Shown piece after piece: positions 12,480 to 26,261 of a stretch of 64,000 nt of DNA. The notes under the pieces were generated by a model. It saw only the letters and a program-made list of their open reading frames with translations, did not search any database and was not told where the DNA came from. The translations under genes and the position numbers were made by a program. Origin of the DNA: Sminthopsis crassicaudata (Eukaryota); the NCBI RefSeq assembly GCF_048593235.1, contig NC_133621.1:227871238-227935237 (forward strand), written 5' to 3'. Numbering within the stretch: position 1 is the stretch's first letter; each line of letters opens with the position of its first letter.

Positions 12480-12680
12480 CTATGTGAGAGAAGAGGATGC
12501 AATATCAGTACCTACTGTCCAAATGACAGGAGCTTGGACTTTCTGGAGTCATTTAGTACCACCACTTGATTTCAGTTTAATTACACATGGATGAGGGCAG
12601 GAGCAGACTAATTTTTTTCTGAAAAAGATGATCAAACATAGTCCGAACAGGGAATTCCTAGTATGTATTTCCCACCTCAC

Positions 12681-12909
12681 CTCTCCCGGGGCCGTCTTTC
12701 TAGTTTTGGCTCCTCCAACTGACGCTGCAGTTTCTCTTGCTCCTTTTGTAGCCGCTCCTCTACTTCTCGTTCCCTAGCAGCTGTATCCACTGGCTTTGCT
12801 CCTCCAAAGATGGAGGCAGCTCGGCTAGACTGTGATGTGCTAGCTGATGAATCTTCGTCCTTGGGGGCACTCCGGGGCTTCAGATTCAGTTTGGGTCTCT
12901 GGGGGGGAC
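12681..12909 (-). CDS. EIF4B: EIF4B exon 9
   Basis: tcag|...|gtgag; encodes GPPQRPKLNLKPRSAPKDEDSSASTSQSSRAASIFGGAKPVDTAAREREVEERLQKEQEKLQRQLEEPKLERRPRE. Confidence 0.98.
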
Positions 12910-13139
12910 CTGAATTAAAGAAAACCCTAGTAAGGTCTCCTCAAATCTATTTACTACAGGCTCATTTAAAACTAGATTCTCAAACACAAGCATCTGCTCC
13001 AGATTCTAACCCAATGACTGGCCCACCCAATTCAATATCATCTTTTAAAAATGGCAACAGTATGAGCTGTTCTCCAGAGCTTTCTTCCATTCAGATCAGC
13101 TTCTTTTCCCATACTTGATCCTTCTAAGTTTCCTTAAGC

Positions 13140-13760
13140 TAATTAACTAGAATCTTTTTTGTTTCATATCCAAACCCTACTGAAAAAGTCACTTACACTT
13201 ATTGTCTCCATTTTCTGTCTGCTTTCACTCATTTCTCAAACATCTGCAATCTGATTTCCAACCTCATCACAACCAAAACTACCTCTTCCAAGATCAATGA
13301 CTGATTTCTCCTCCTACTTACTTGACTGCTGCCACTCAGAGTACTTTGTTGGATCTTTATTCACAACTCACTCCAGTGCCCTAAAAGTTTTCCTCTGGCC
13401 CATCTTTTCTTGCTGTACACCTTCCTTTTGATCCTCTTTATCAGGTCTCATGGGTTTTATCACCTCTAACTAGATGGCAACCTAAACTAGATAGCTAGCC
13501 CCGAGTATCTCCATAGCTCACTCTAGCACTGCTCTGCTGATTGCCTATCTGTCAAATTTCTTCAAATAGATATATCTCCTGGCTATCTCTAACACACCTA
13601 AGTAGACACTTCCTATTTCCCTCTAAACCTACCAAACTAATAGGTATACAAATCAAACATTTACTGTCATAATCCCACATTATATTATAAGACCCCATAT
13701 GACATCTGTGAATCAGTTTAAGAAACTGGGTTCTAGACACACTGGTTTCCCTAAACTTAG
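13140..13760 (+). mobile_element. L2-like fragment
   Basis: C/T-rich L2-type sequence (ctgcaatctgatttccaacctcatcacaaccaaaactac...). Confidence 0.55.
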
Positions 13761-16700
13761 TATGCCATCATCTAGCTCTGGGAAGAAAACAAAACCTGCT
13801 CTGCTGCAGAGTCCCCTCAATTTTTTCCAGGTTCAGTTCATATGGCATTTCCTATAGAAAGCTGTTTCTGATCCCCTCAGTGAGCTCTCTTTTTAAAAGA
13901 GCTTTTTAGCGGCAATCTGGCTGACATTTATTGCAGCTTGGGTCCACAGCCATCTCATTTAACTTGTTTCTTTAACTGTAACATGGGGGTTATAGCAGCA
14001 CCTTCCCCTCAGAATTGTTGAGAATCAAATAAAAGAACATTACTCAAGTACTTTGCTTGCACTAAATAAATGCTAACTATCATTAAGTATGCTATAATAT
14101 ATACATGTTTATGTTACATCTATCAGTTGAATGTTAAGTTCCTTAATGGCAAAGCTCACTTTTCGTTTTTGTAATCCAGGAGCTTTGCACATTTAGGCAA
14201 GTAGTTAAATATTCCCTTATTTTGTAGTCCCTTTGCTTTTATGCGAAGATCAAAGTTGAAAAAAAAACTACCAAAGCAAAAAATAGTTACAATGTGTTCT
14301 TTGAAAAGACAGAAAGAGGACTTAGTTTCTGAATATTTAAGTATACAATGTTTTGGAGTTTCTTACGTCTCTGCTATATGAACCACATACTACTTACATA
14401 TTTATGAAAGACATTATGGGGCTTCATGAATGATTATACTAGAGTGAATAACCTACCCCAATAAATCACTAGCATATTCTAACATTAGAGAAATATAAGT
14501 AGAAACCATAAAACCACTTTCTGTGACAGAAAGGTCTTACACATACTACAAAAGTCAGGGCTTTATTCTTTATGGTAGCAAAAAAATTAGAAACAAAGGA
14601 GTTGATCTCCTTTATAGGGATACAAAGAACAAATTTCTGTGACATAAAAACCACCACACCAATGAATATTAGGGATATAGAGAAAGATGGGAAGATTTGA
14701 ATTAAATGGCAAAACTGAAGAAAATAAAACCTAAATCTTAGTGTAGTGAGCAAAGGAAATATATAGTTGCTTTTTTAGGCTCTACTTAACTATTTCTCTT
14801 CATTAATAAGGCTGACTGAAAGGATGATGGGGGACAAGACAGAGCAATACTTAATAAAAAGAAAAAAATTCTATGCAAGCAAAACCAAACCCTGTTAAGA
14901 AAAACTAGTATAAGGAAAATTTAATATCCTTGAATAAGAGTTGCTCTCAACAACTGGATCTGGAGAAGGAGGGCCTTTTTCTGGCAGGGTTGTGAAGGAG
15001 GCCTACAAGCAGTCTGAGGTAAGTTAGAACTTTGGAAGAATAAGACAGTTCTGATACTGTTAGACAATAAGTTTTGTACTTACTTAAAAGGGAATCTTGG
15101 CATAATTTCTGACTCTCCCTCCTTTCCATCCCACTCCTAACCAATCAGGGATTTTGTCATCAACCCAGTCATCTCCTTTTCACTTCTAGCCCATACTCTA
15201 GGAGCCCTGGCCCCCATTGATTGCTTTTCTTTTAAAAAGATGGTTTATTAATAATTCTAATTCACTCTTGATGAATTTCCCGTCTCTAACCTGCTTTCCC
15301 CAATGTTCTCTCTGTCACTCACTTTCCTATAGTCCATTCTAGTTAACCTGGAGTACTATCTGTTCCACTTTCTTTGCATTCTGTTCTTTACCTCCTTATA
15401 CTGTGATCAGCTGTACTCTAGGCCAGAAATTCAGCTCATCCATTCTCTGCTTTTCAGAATCCTTATCTTCCCCCTCAAGGTCCAGTTCAAAGGATATTTT
15501 TTCAATGGAGCTTTCTTTGATTTTCACAATTATTACTGTTTTCTTCACCATCTCCATTTACATTACATTTACATTGTGTATTCCTAATAGAATTTAAACT
15601 TTCTGAAGGCAGGAATGCTTCTTTTTTTTGAGGGAAGAGAAGGGGAAATTTTTAATCACCAATCCATAATAATGCATTGCATATTAAATGGCTGGGGGGG
15701 GGGGGAGAGAGAGAGAAGAGGAGGAAGCCTAATGAAACAAAAGAGGGCTGTGGCAGTCATTGCTAGCTTGAATACTAGAGGAACAAAGGAAATCCCAATG
15801 GAAGGGAGAGCAGTCAGGACACTTAATGCTGCCCAATCCTAAATAGAATAAAAACTCTGCACTATCAAACTCCATAATCTCTCTTTTCTAGGAGCACTAG
15901 TAAAAGCAACCACCAAATGGCCCTTCTTTTTGGGACAGACATATGACATGAAGGGCTTTAGAAGTAAAATTGGCCAGTCTTGAATGAGGTGCAGGACAAC
16001 AGTAAAACAACTGTTGGGGCAGTTTGATCCTGTTTAAAATTAAACTACCTGAAACAATACAGAAGTTTACTGAGGGAAAGAAATCACACTTTTCCCACAA
16101 CTATGGAAAACATCTAGGCCAAAACTTTACATGTTGTATGGAAGGGTCAGATAGATCTTCCCTCCCTCCCCCCAGATTCAAGAGACAAATTGTGTAAGTT
16201 TTGGAGAACTAGAAGTTAAGTCTTTAATAAGATTTTTAAACATTTATTTTTTTAAAGAGTCTTTTTTTGGATAAAGGAAAGAATCCCTCCACAGTTTTAG
16301 AGGAAGAGGTATCAAGTCAAAATGAGAGGTATACATTTCTCTAACTCACCCTCCTAAGGGACTTTTTTATTCCAAGAAGTTAAAAAAAAAATGTTTTCAA
16401 TTACTATATTATTAATTGCACATAGAGAAAATTTAGGAGATATCTTAGTACCTACCTGTATTAACACTTTATAATCAGACCTTTAGAATGAAAGCAGGTG
16501 GTGCAAATCACTTGGGGTAAGCAATAATTTTGACGTAAGTCTCATATTTGTGAATAATGTGTGGTTCTATTGTCATCTGGGTGACTCTGACCTAGACCAG
16601 ATGAAACTGGATTGAACTGATTTCTCTACTTTTTAGTTAGTTCTCTTTTAATTCTGTTGGCTTTCCCCACATTGCTCTTTTGCTAAGTATTAAATTGTTA

Positions 16701-18101
16701 AATTTTGAAATTTTAAATTCTTCAAAGAATGTATATCCCTTGATTACTGCCCAAGGAAATATTTGATGGTTGTAGCTCTTAAAGAACACAAAGACTTTCA
16801 AAGAGGGCAGGGTTTAGTGATGTGGGGAAATCAAGAACAGTAAAGATCACTTTAAGCCCACAATGAAGTAGAATCAATGGCACAGAAGATGTGAAAAACA
16901 AGATTTTTAGAGAACTTGGCACCTAGCTTATACCTAGGTTGTTACTGAAGCTAACCATTGGTAGAAAAAACTTGTCATGGGCAAAAAAATAAAAAGACCA
17001 GAATTCCATTACTAAAATCCAAAGCCTGCTAAACCTGGGCATCAGACTGTGAAAAAAATATTTTGTGATTTTCTGTGGAAATCTTGTTCTTCAATGGTGA
17101 ATTAGGACAAATAATACTAAGGTAATGAAAAACAGAATTGTTCTGTGTTTACAAAAATTCCCAAGTGGAGACGGAATACTGAAACATTATGCTATAGGTT
17201 ATATGTAACAAGTTTATCTAACGAATAGAGAAGTCAACTCAATGAAAGATTCCATTGAAAACCTATCATCTATAATCAAGGCTAGATTTGGAAAAACAGG
17301 CTACTTAAAGTATGCCTAATAACTAATGTTTGGTTCCATAATGAAGAACTAAAGAAATGTGCCAAAATCTTAATAATAGCAGCAAAAAGCTTTTTTTAAA
17401 AGATGTAAAAATTTGTAAGATTTATTGTATTGTCAATAAATTTATTTTACTGAGTTCCAATTAGTTTGCACAGAACTGTAAAAGGACCTTAAGATCAACT
17501 AGTACACAAATCTCACACTTAACAGATGATTAAATTCAGGCCCACAGAATTTAATCGACTTCCCCTGATTTGTACAGTAACATGTATGAGACTAGAATTC
17601 AGATCTCTTCAGACCATGTGGTTCTCTAATGTGTATAAATCCATTTATGTCCATTTCATTGGACTTTCTAATCATAGTAGGTATGTGTCTAAATAAAGTA
17701 ACTCACAACTTGATGGTAAGAATAAAATTTAAGATGACTGTAATACATATTTATGCCCAATGGTAGTCTTCTCTAGGGTAGGGTAAGGAAGGAGGGAGAA
17801 AAAAGTACACAGGCAAAGAATAAAAGAAAATTTAGAAGCACAGAAAAGGATGGTAGTTTTGAAAATGTGTACTATTTATAGGTTTATTATTATTATTATG
17901 AAATGGAAATCCATGATTTTATATGGATCTTATTTTTATGTTGTTCTGTGTACCCAGAACTGTTCTTTTTTTGGTCTTTTTGCTTTGTTTCCAAAGGTGG
18001 CTTCTGACTGGATATCTTTTAAATGTTTTTACATTATTCATTCTCTAATTAAATTTTCTTTAGCTGCCTTGCCCTGAAAAAAAGTAAAATGAGTAAGTTA
18101 C

Positions 18102-18275
18102 CTCTGTCTTCACGCCTAAAATCATCTCGGCTGTAATCATCTCTCGAATTCCATGACCGATCATCTCGTCTATCGTATCTGTCTTCATAGCGATCTCCTC
18201 CTCCTCTGTAATCATCATCTCGACGATACCCACTACCAAATGCTCTTCTACCACTGCCTATCCTAGAATCAAAGC
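18102..18275 (-). CDS. EIF4B: EIF4B exon 8 (DRYG region)
   Basis: acag|...|gtaac; encodes GFDSRIGSGRRAFGSGYRRDDDYRGGGDRYEDRYDRRDDRSWNSRDDYSRDDFRREDR. Confidence 0.98.
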
Positions 18276-18549
18276 CTGTGGAACAAGAGAATAGCACTGA
18301 CAAAAAGATATGACTGTCCTAAAATGAAAATGACTATGTTAGTGGAAAGGATGCTTGGAAGAAAAGAAAATGCCAATGAACTCTTCAATAAGATCACAAA
18401 GTAAGTAAGCTTGCAATATTGTATAGAAACCCTTCCTAATATTGGCACAAAGCCTGAGGTCACCAGAAATTACAATAATTAAAACAATCTTAACAGGATT
18501 AAAATCTTTTATTTTCTTTCAATCTATTCCTTATGAGCAATCCACATAC

Positions 18550-18663
18550 CTCTATCATAGTCTCTGCTGCCCCTGTCATCATAACGATCCCGGCCTCCAT
18601 ATCGGTCCATGTCCCGTCGTGGACCATCACGATACCGGTCTGAATCATAACGATCACGATACT
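18550..18663 (-). CDS. EIF4B: EIF4B exon 7 (DRYG region)
   Basis: ctag|...|gtatgt; encodes KYRDRYDSDRYRDGPRRDMDRYGGRDRYDDRGSRDYDR. Confidence 0.97.
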
Positions 18664-21404
18664 CTAGGGAAAAACATGGATGTAACAATACTGATGACAG
18701 AACTCAATACCTTTGGATCATTTAGATGCTATTACTAAATGGAAATTCTGAAGTTTTATCCTAAAACATTAACACAATTTCAAAATTAAATTATATTAAA
18801 TACTTACTATGCATAAACCACTGAATTCTATAAAAATACACGAAGCTAAATAAATTATCACCATAACATGCCATCATCTGCTTTCAAAAAGTTTATGATC
18901 AAACAATGAAAATGTGTGATAGATACAAATTAGATAATTACAAATGAGGTGGCATTTAAATTGGGCCTTCCAAGAACTCGAAATGGAGTAGATGCCCATC
19001 AGTTAAGGAATGGCTGAATAAGTTATGGTATGTGAATGTATGTAATGGAATATTATTTTTCTATAAGAAACAATCAGCAGGATGATTTCAGAAAGGTCTG
19101 GAGAGATTTAGATGAACTGATGCTAAGTGACATGAGTAGAACCAAGAGAACATTGTACAATACAACAATAAGATTGTGTGATGACCAACTGTGATGGACT
19201 TGGCTCTTTTCAACAATGAGGTGGCTGATTCAGGCCTATTCCAATAAACTTGTAATGTAATGGAAAGATCATTTGCATCCGAAAGAGGACTAGAAGTGAA
19301 TGGGGATTACAACATAGTACTTTCACCTTTGTTGTTGTTTGCTTGCTTGTTTTTTTCTTTCTCACCTCCCCCTTTTGATCTGACTTCTTGTGAAACATGA
19401 TGAATGTAAAAAAAAGTTTAGAAGAATCTACATCAGATCACTTGCTGTCTAGGGGAAGGGAGAAAAATTTGGAATACAAGGTTCTGCAAAGGTGGATGTT
19501 ATCTTTGAATATATTTTTTAAAAATAAAAAGCTATTATGAAAAACAAAACAAAACAAAATGGGCCCTAAAGGATGGGAAGGATTTCAACAAGTAGAGACT
19601 AAAAGGGACAAAAAGTGGAACAAGACAGAAATGGAAAGCCCAGTCTAATTTGAACATTGACCAGTGGTTAATAATGCCACTAGGTCAAACATGAGATTAA
19701 AGAGAGAGCTCTGACCAGATTACAATCCGTGAGTACCAAGATAACTTACTACAGTGAAAGGTTAATATGAAGGCCCAATTTTTTTTCAAATAGGGAATAA
19801 TATAGTCAGATCTAGAAATTAGGGTAATTTATGCTGACAAAAGAGCATAGAGCAAATTTAAATGAAGAGATGGGATACTATTTCAACAGTCTAGTTATGA
19901 AGCACTTAAACTTAGACTTCAACAGTCTAGTTATGAAGGACTTAAAGCCTGAGTGGCTGACAGAAATATTAGAAAGAGGAAATAAAAATTAAAGAGGTAA
20001 GACCTAAATGGAACTTGGTAATTGGCTGGATTGAGCTGTATGAAGAGTGAGAGATTTGAAAATGATTAATCCTCTAAGCTCGGAGTATTTTTGATACCAT
20101 TAAAAGTGCTCAGGGATATGAAGAGTTCTCAAAAGAATTAAAAACTTAAACCATATCAAAGATTGTTCCAAATTGCTAATAAGAAAAATGCTGGGAAAAA
20201 TAGAAAAGTCTTGGCAGCAAGGATTAGATGGAACACTTTCATACCATATAATACATTCTAAATATAGGACTTTAATATTAAAGTTCATATAATAAAAAAT
20301 TAGAAAGGAAAATAATTTTTCATAACTATTAATAAATATATTTTTAACCAAAGGATAGAAGCAATTATAAAAATAAAACAGATTACAAGAAATCAAAAAG
20401 CTCTGCACAAACCAAAATGTATTAGAATAATTAATACAGGCATGCATACAAGCATGTAGCCAGTAGCCAAAAACCATTCTTCAATCAATAAATGGTCGAA
20501 GGATATGAGCAGTTTTCAAAAGAACTATTAACAACTGCAAGAAAGAATGCTCCAAATCATTAATTGATAAGAAATAAAATCAAAACAACCCTAAGGTTTC
20601 ACCTAATATAGCTATGGGAAGACAGGTTAACATATTGTGGGAACTGTGAAGTAATAAAATTTGAAATGCAATTTGTTTGTAAGTAAAACAAAGTGAGTGG
20701 AAAGAATGTGTTACTACCCTCAGACTCCTTGGTTTACATTTTAATGAGGCCACTGACAAAGAAGGATCCACCTTAAGGAATTGGAAATTGAGTAGATGCC
20801 CATCAATTAGGGAATAGTTGAATAAGTTATGGTATGTGAACATACTGAAATATTATTATTCTGTAAGAAATGACAAGCAGGTTGATTTCAGAAAAACCTT
20901 ACATGAATTAATGCTGAGTGAAGTAAGCAGAACCAAAACACAGTACACAGCAAAAGCAAGATTATATGATGATCAACTATGATAGATTCAGCTCTTCTCA
21001 GCAATATGGCAATCCAAGACAATCCCAATAGACTTGGTCTGGAAAATGCCCCCTGCAACCAGAGAAAGAACTATGGAGGATTGAATGCAGATCGAAGCAC
21101 ACTATTTTCACCTTTTAAAATTTGCTTTTCCCCCCACTATCTTATAGTTTTCCCTTTCTATTCTGATTTTTCTTTCACAACATGACTGATCTAGAAATAA
21201 ATTTACAATGACTGCACATGTGTAATTTATATCATGTTGCTTGCTGTCTGGGGTTGGGGGAAAATATAACCTATATCAGATTGCTTGCTATCTGGGAAGG
21301 AAGGGTAAGGGAAAGAATGAGGAAGAAAAGCAAATTTGGAGCTCAAAATCTTTCAAAAAATGTTGAAAATTATCTTGGAAAAATTAAATTATCAATTAAA
21401 ATAT

Positions 21405-21546
21405 GGGGCAGCTAGGTGGTGCAGTGGATAGAGCACCAGCCCTGAATTCAGGAGGACCCGAGTTCAAATCTGGTCTCAGACACTTAACACTTCCTAGCTG
21501 TGTGACCCTGGGCAAGTCACTTAACCTGAGCATCAGGGGGGGGAAA
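21405..21546 (+). mobile_element. WSINE1-like SINE inserted in L1 sequence
   Basis: Near-consensus head ggggcagctaggtggtgcagtggatagagcacc...gagttcaaatc. Confidence 0.9.
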
Positions 21547-22070
21547 ATCAAAAATCCACCTGTATAAAAATATTTATAGCAGTATTTTTTTTTATGACAG
21601 TAGAGAATTAGAACAAAGTAGATTCTTATTATTTAAGGAATTAAATATAGTAAATGAACATAATGGAATACTACTGTGCTATAAGAAATGGTGAATGTGA
21701 TATATAAAAAAGATCCAAGATAATAAAAGATTATATTTATTTAGCTGGAAAAGAACCATTAGTAAAAAATTTAAATCAAATGTTAACAAGGTAAGAACAA
21801 TTATGGACTTGCAAAGAAAAGAGATGTGAGATATCTCCTTTTCCTTTCCATAGTTGGAGAGTCCATGAATTTTATATTGTGCACATTTCAGACTTTTTAT
21901 TGATTGAATTTGCAGATTTTCCCTCTTCTTCCCTTTTTTCTTCCTCTCCCCCCCCCCGAAATTTCACGCTACATACATTAAACTTGTTTAGATATTGATT
22001 GACAAGAACATTTGATGCTTTAATTATTATAGAAAGCAATTTGGAACTATTCCAAATAAATTAACGAATA

Positions 22071-22101
22071 TGTATGTATGTATGTATGTATGTACGTATG
22101 T
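22071..22101. repeat. (TATG)n microsatellite
   Basis: Read directly, with one TACG variant. Confidence 0.9.
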
Positions 22102-23562
22102 AAGTGAAAACCCTTTGGCCTAGAGATTTCATTGATAGGCACATACCCCCAAGTGAGTCACTGACAAAAAAGGAAGAGTCTCTATGTACACTAAAATATT
22201 CACAGGAACACTATTCATCATAGTAAAGAAATGAAAAAGTGGATGGATGCCTTTCAGTTAGTCAAACAAATCGTGATTCTCAAATGTAATCAAATATGCT
22301 TTATAAGAAATGATGAACACAATGAATACAGAAACATGGAAACAGTCACATGAACAAATACAAAGCAAAGTAAGCAGAAAAAATTACCCATGCATGTTTT
22401 ATAAATAAAAAGATATAATAATTAAAAAAAAAAAAAAAAAAAAAAAAAGAAAAAAAGAAAAAACCTACTGCTAGTCAAGAAATATATTTTTTCCCTTCTG
22501 TCAATCATGGACAATTTAATTTTTATAAAATGTTTTTCATAAGATGTGTAAAAACAAAAAATTATCAATAGCATTTTTTTTGGTTAAAAATGTTTGCACA
22601 ATAATATGAATGGAAAGACAACACAGAACTTTATTTTTGTTGCTAGTAATTTGATACTAATTTTCCCAATAAAACTTTAGGAGGCGCAAGTGAAAATTTT
22701 GTGTGTTTTAGGATAGTGAAAAATCAAATTAATGTAGAAGAGTACCTTTTAAATCAGAGGACTTAAATTTAAATTCTGGCTCTGGGAATCACTACTTTGG
22801 CTATTCCATTGTCATGACTGCTTATTTCATCATGACATTCCCCAAACCATATTTATTCATCTAGAGATTACATAGAATAAAGTAGATTAATCTCAATTAC
22901 AGATAGACTCATCTTTCCTCAAAAAGATCATAACCAGATAACACCGTTCTCTTTTTCCATGGGCTAATTTCAAGGCTTCAGACAAGAAATAATTCCTTGA
23001 TGAAAATTTTCTCAATCCTCAAGCTAGTCAATAACTTAGAAAATCATCCTTAGCTGCTTGAAACAATTTGCATTTTATAATTTCAATTCCTATTTCTTCT
23101 TTACCTTTGCCTAAAATAAACCATATTTAATGATAGATATTAAGGAATTCAGATGAAGCCTATGGAGACGTTTCCTCAGAATGTTTTTAAACACAAAATA
23201 AAATATGTAGGATTATAAAAGAAATCAATGGTGTTGACAGCAAAATATTTAAAATCAACGATCTCTTCTACTAGAAACTCATTTTTTAAAAAAGCCTTTA
23301 TGGCAATATTTCTCAAAACTGATGTTCATGAGGCAACTTAAGGGCCAATTTACACTCCTCTCTTTTTTAGGCTTGACTTTCCCCTTCATAGCTATTATCA
23401 CAGTTAAATATATATATACAATCACAATCCTTTATCCTTACCATCCCAAGCTGCATTGAAGTTAGGATGCATTAACAGAATTTTAAATACTTATGGGATA
23501 TGGTCATACTTCTAAATAGGTCTCTGATTTGCAAAAGGTCACTTGTTAGAATATGAACTTAC

Positions 23563-23703
23563 TATCTCCAAAGCTATCATCACCCCTTCGTGGAGGGTAG
23601 TCATCAAAGTTGTCTGTGGCAGGGCGGGCCCTCCAGTCTGTGTCAGTTTTGTCAGAATCCCGATTTCGATCCCGATCACGGCCAAAGGAACGATCATCTC
23701 GGT
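23563..23703 (-). CDS. EIF4B: EIF4B exon 6
   Basis: ttag|...|gtaagt; encodes DRDDRSFGRDRDRNRDSDKTDTDWRARPATDNFDDYPPRRGDDSFGD. Confidence 0.97.
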
Positions 23704-24474
23704 CTAAAGATCAACAATCAAGATTATTCTAGTCCACAAAGAAAAGATAATTGCTTCTCAGTGCTCAAATGACATCCCCCTACCCCATTATTTCTACCTG
23801 AGCCATTTATTTATGCACAGTTGAACTAAATTCTGAGATGCTAGGAAGAACTGTAAAGTCTAGCAAGCATAAACTCTTATTATGGGCCTAGAGTCAATAG
23901 ATCTGAGTTCAAATTCAACTTTGGGCTCTTACTAGAGAGTTCTGTGAATCTGAGTAAATCACTTAATTTGTCTGCCTCAGTTTATTCAACTGTAAAATGG
24001 GGATAACAGCATCTACTTCCTAGAATTCTTGTGAGCATTAAATGAGATAGTAATTGTAAAAGCCTAGCACATAGAAGGTGCTTAATAACTGTCTCTTCCT
24101 TTCTATAGTAAGCATTTGACTATAACAGTAGATAGAGATAGTAAATGTAATATCATGATTTTACTGGAACTAATTTCCTTCTACCCAACCTGCCCCAGAT
24201 GCACAGAAAATCCTCATTCCTGCCTGCCAAAACACATCTGTCATCACCTAATAATGTAATGCTAGCACCTTCTTCCCCAAAATCTTGTCAATCTATTTAT
24301 TCTTCAAACCAATTCAGTTAGTTGATGACTGTTATTTAAAACAAGGCCAGCCATGCCTACCATGTTGGATAAAACAGAATCCCTTTATTTAAAACTTTCA
24401 GGGAATCAACAAAAGCCTTAGTTGGAATTCCAGATACTTGACAAACACTTGAATTTTTTCATTGGCTCTCTTAC

Positions 24475-24529
24475 CTTTATCCTGTGCTTGATCAGCAACG
24501 TCCACTCGTATTCTTCTGTTGCCTATAGA
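24475..24529 (-). CDS. EIF4B: EIF4B exon 5
   Basis: ttag|...|gtaag; encodes SIGNRRIRVDVADQAQDK. Confidence 0.97.
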
Positions 24530-26144
24530 CTAAGAGCACATAACTATGTTAACCACCTTTCCACACCAGAATGTATGTCTGAGAGGCTTATAGCAAAGAT
24601 TCCTTGACTGCTGGAACTAGCCATAATATGAAAGTTCAGGTAATACCTACCATGATTCCCACAACTATATTACAATTCTCTGGTTAAGCTTATAATATCA
24701 TAGAGTTCTCTATTACTTACTTGAAAATGGGACAAATTCAGAGAAGAAATAAATTTTTGTTCTGAGAGACATACTCCTATCAAATATTGTCATTGGAAAA
24801 AACTAATCAATGAAAATCTAGTTGACAGAATTTCTAAACTTTGGGTTTCTAAGCTAATTTCCTAATGGCAAAGCTAATAAGGAGTTCAAGCATTCAGCAA
24901 TAAAGGAGAATTAACCCATATAATATTCCTTTTCCTGTACATGCAACATTCTTGTTAATTAGCAAATATTACAAGTTTTATATATCCCTAACAAGTAACT
25001 TCTCTATAAGCTATTATTTCTTCCCAAACATATTATGACCCATGCTTAGTTTCTACCTCTAAACTCATGTCACTCTATGTGTTACAGCAAAAATGCATAT
25101 AAAAGGCCATGGTGGGTTTGAGATTGCAAAGGGAGCAACCTTGATTCAGAAGAGAAATTTGCATGGAGAAAAAAAATTGTTCTATTAGCACTAATAAGGC
25201 TATTCTAAGACTTGTCTAATTCTAGCTCACTCTGTAGCATTTCTTTCTATTCCAACCTTATCAATGAGGCTCACTTTAATGTTTCTGACTTTTCGCTATA
25301 CTTTTATTTAACAGGGAAGATTACTCGGCTTCTCCTTAAATTATCTCCTGACAGTGAACTCACTAACTTACATTGAGAGTATTCTAAACTATTAAAAACA
25401 AAATCAAACCAAACCCAATATTGACTGAAAAATTGTTCTTATGGTGAATTGAAATCTGGTTTCCTATCTTCCATCTACCAGTTCTGAACCAAATAGAACA
25501 AACCAAATTCTGGTTCCACAAAACAATTCTTTATATGAAGTTGGGCAAACATCACTCTTTCCTCCCAACTTGCATAAAAATGTCTTTATTAATTATGATT
25601 CAGTTAAAAAGTTTTCTGTATATGTTCAGCTGCTCTTCTCTCAAGAACTGCTAAGAGAATGTCTTGGTCTATAATTATATCAAAAAATAAAGCTTTATAT
25701 TTCTTAGTTAGGAACCCTTTGATTATACCACAATATAGATATATTATCTATCCCTACATAAAGATATATATACATGTCTCCATACACACAATTTACTAAA
25801 ATCCTGCTAATCTCTATTGAATCATTCAACTGAGGAATATGTTCTCTACAGCCCCAAGTCAAACAGGACTTTGCAAGCCTAGTTTACAGTCTAGGATAAC
25901 AAAACTATTTCTGAAAGTCTTTCCTGACAGACAGTGACCCTGTCTGATGTGGAAGAGGGAAAAACAGATTTGCTAAGGTGAGACAGGTTTCCTCCACAAC
26001 TCCTGACAAGTCCCATACTAACTGAACTTATGGGACTGCCTTTTCCTCATGTTTGATAGTCACTGCCAGTCTCAGGGAAAGGGTGCCTAGTGTCCAGGAA
26101 CATCTTACTCAGGTTGCCAGCAAACAAGCTCTAATGACACTTAC

Positions 26145-26261
26145 CTCTTCATTCAGGCTCAAAGCACTGAGCAGCGAGTCCAAGTCCTCAAACTCGGCGT
26201 AACCAAAACCTTTCAACCTTTCTGGATTGCTGGGTTCCCGTGGCAAACGTACTGCACTGAT
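26145..26261 (-). CDS. EIF4B: EIF4B exon 4 (RNP1 KGFGYAEF)
   Basis: ctag|...|gtaagt; encodes ISAVRLPREPSNPERLKGFGYAEFEDLDSLLSALSLNEE. Confidence 0.98.

Larger units (their letters stand above)
18975..22400 (+). mobile_element. Cluster of L1 3' fragments in EIF4B intron 6 (about 18975-19560 and 20330-22400)
   Basis: Repeated L1 end motifs (gatgcccatca.ttgggaat.gctgaataagttatgg; gaactgatgctaagtga; acatagtacttt); antisense to EIF4B. Confidence 0.75.

Noticed and set aside
14947-15030. Plus-strand donor GAG|GTAAGT suggesting an antisense exon in intron 8
   Set aside because: No convincing acceptor or ORF; isolated donor motifs are common.
18049-18303. ORF-track entries 18049-18303, 28106-28423, 12260-12502, 11437-11622, 9590-9835 and 10193-10396 as separate genes
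   Set aside because: Each is an EIF4B exon read through into flanking intron.
26016-26022. Perfect TACTAAC branch-point motif
   Set aside because: It is on the plus strand, opposite to EIF4B transcription, with no matching acceptor.
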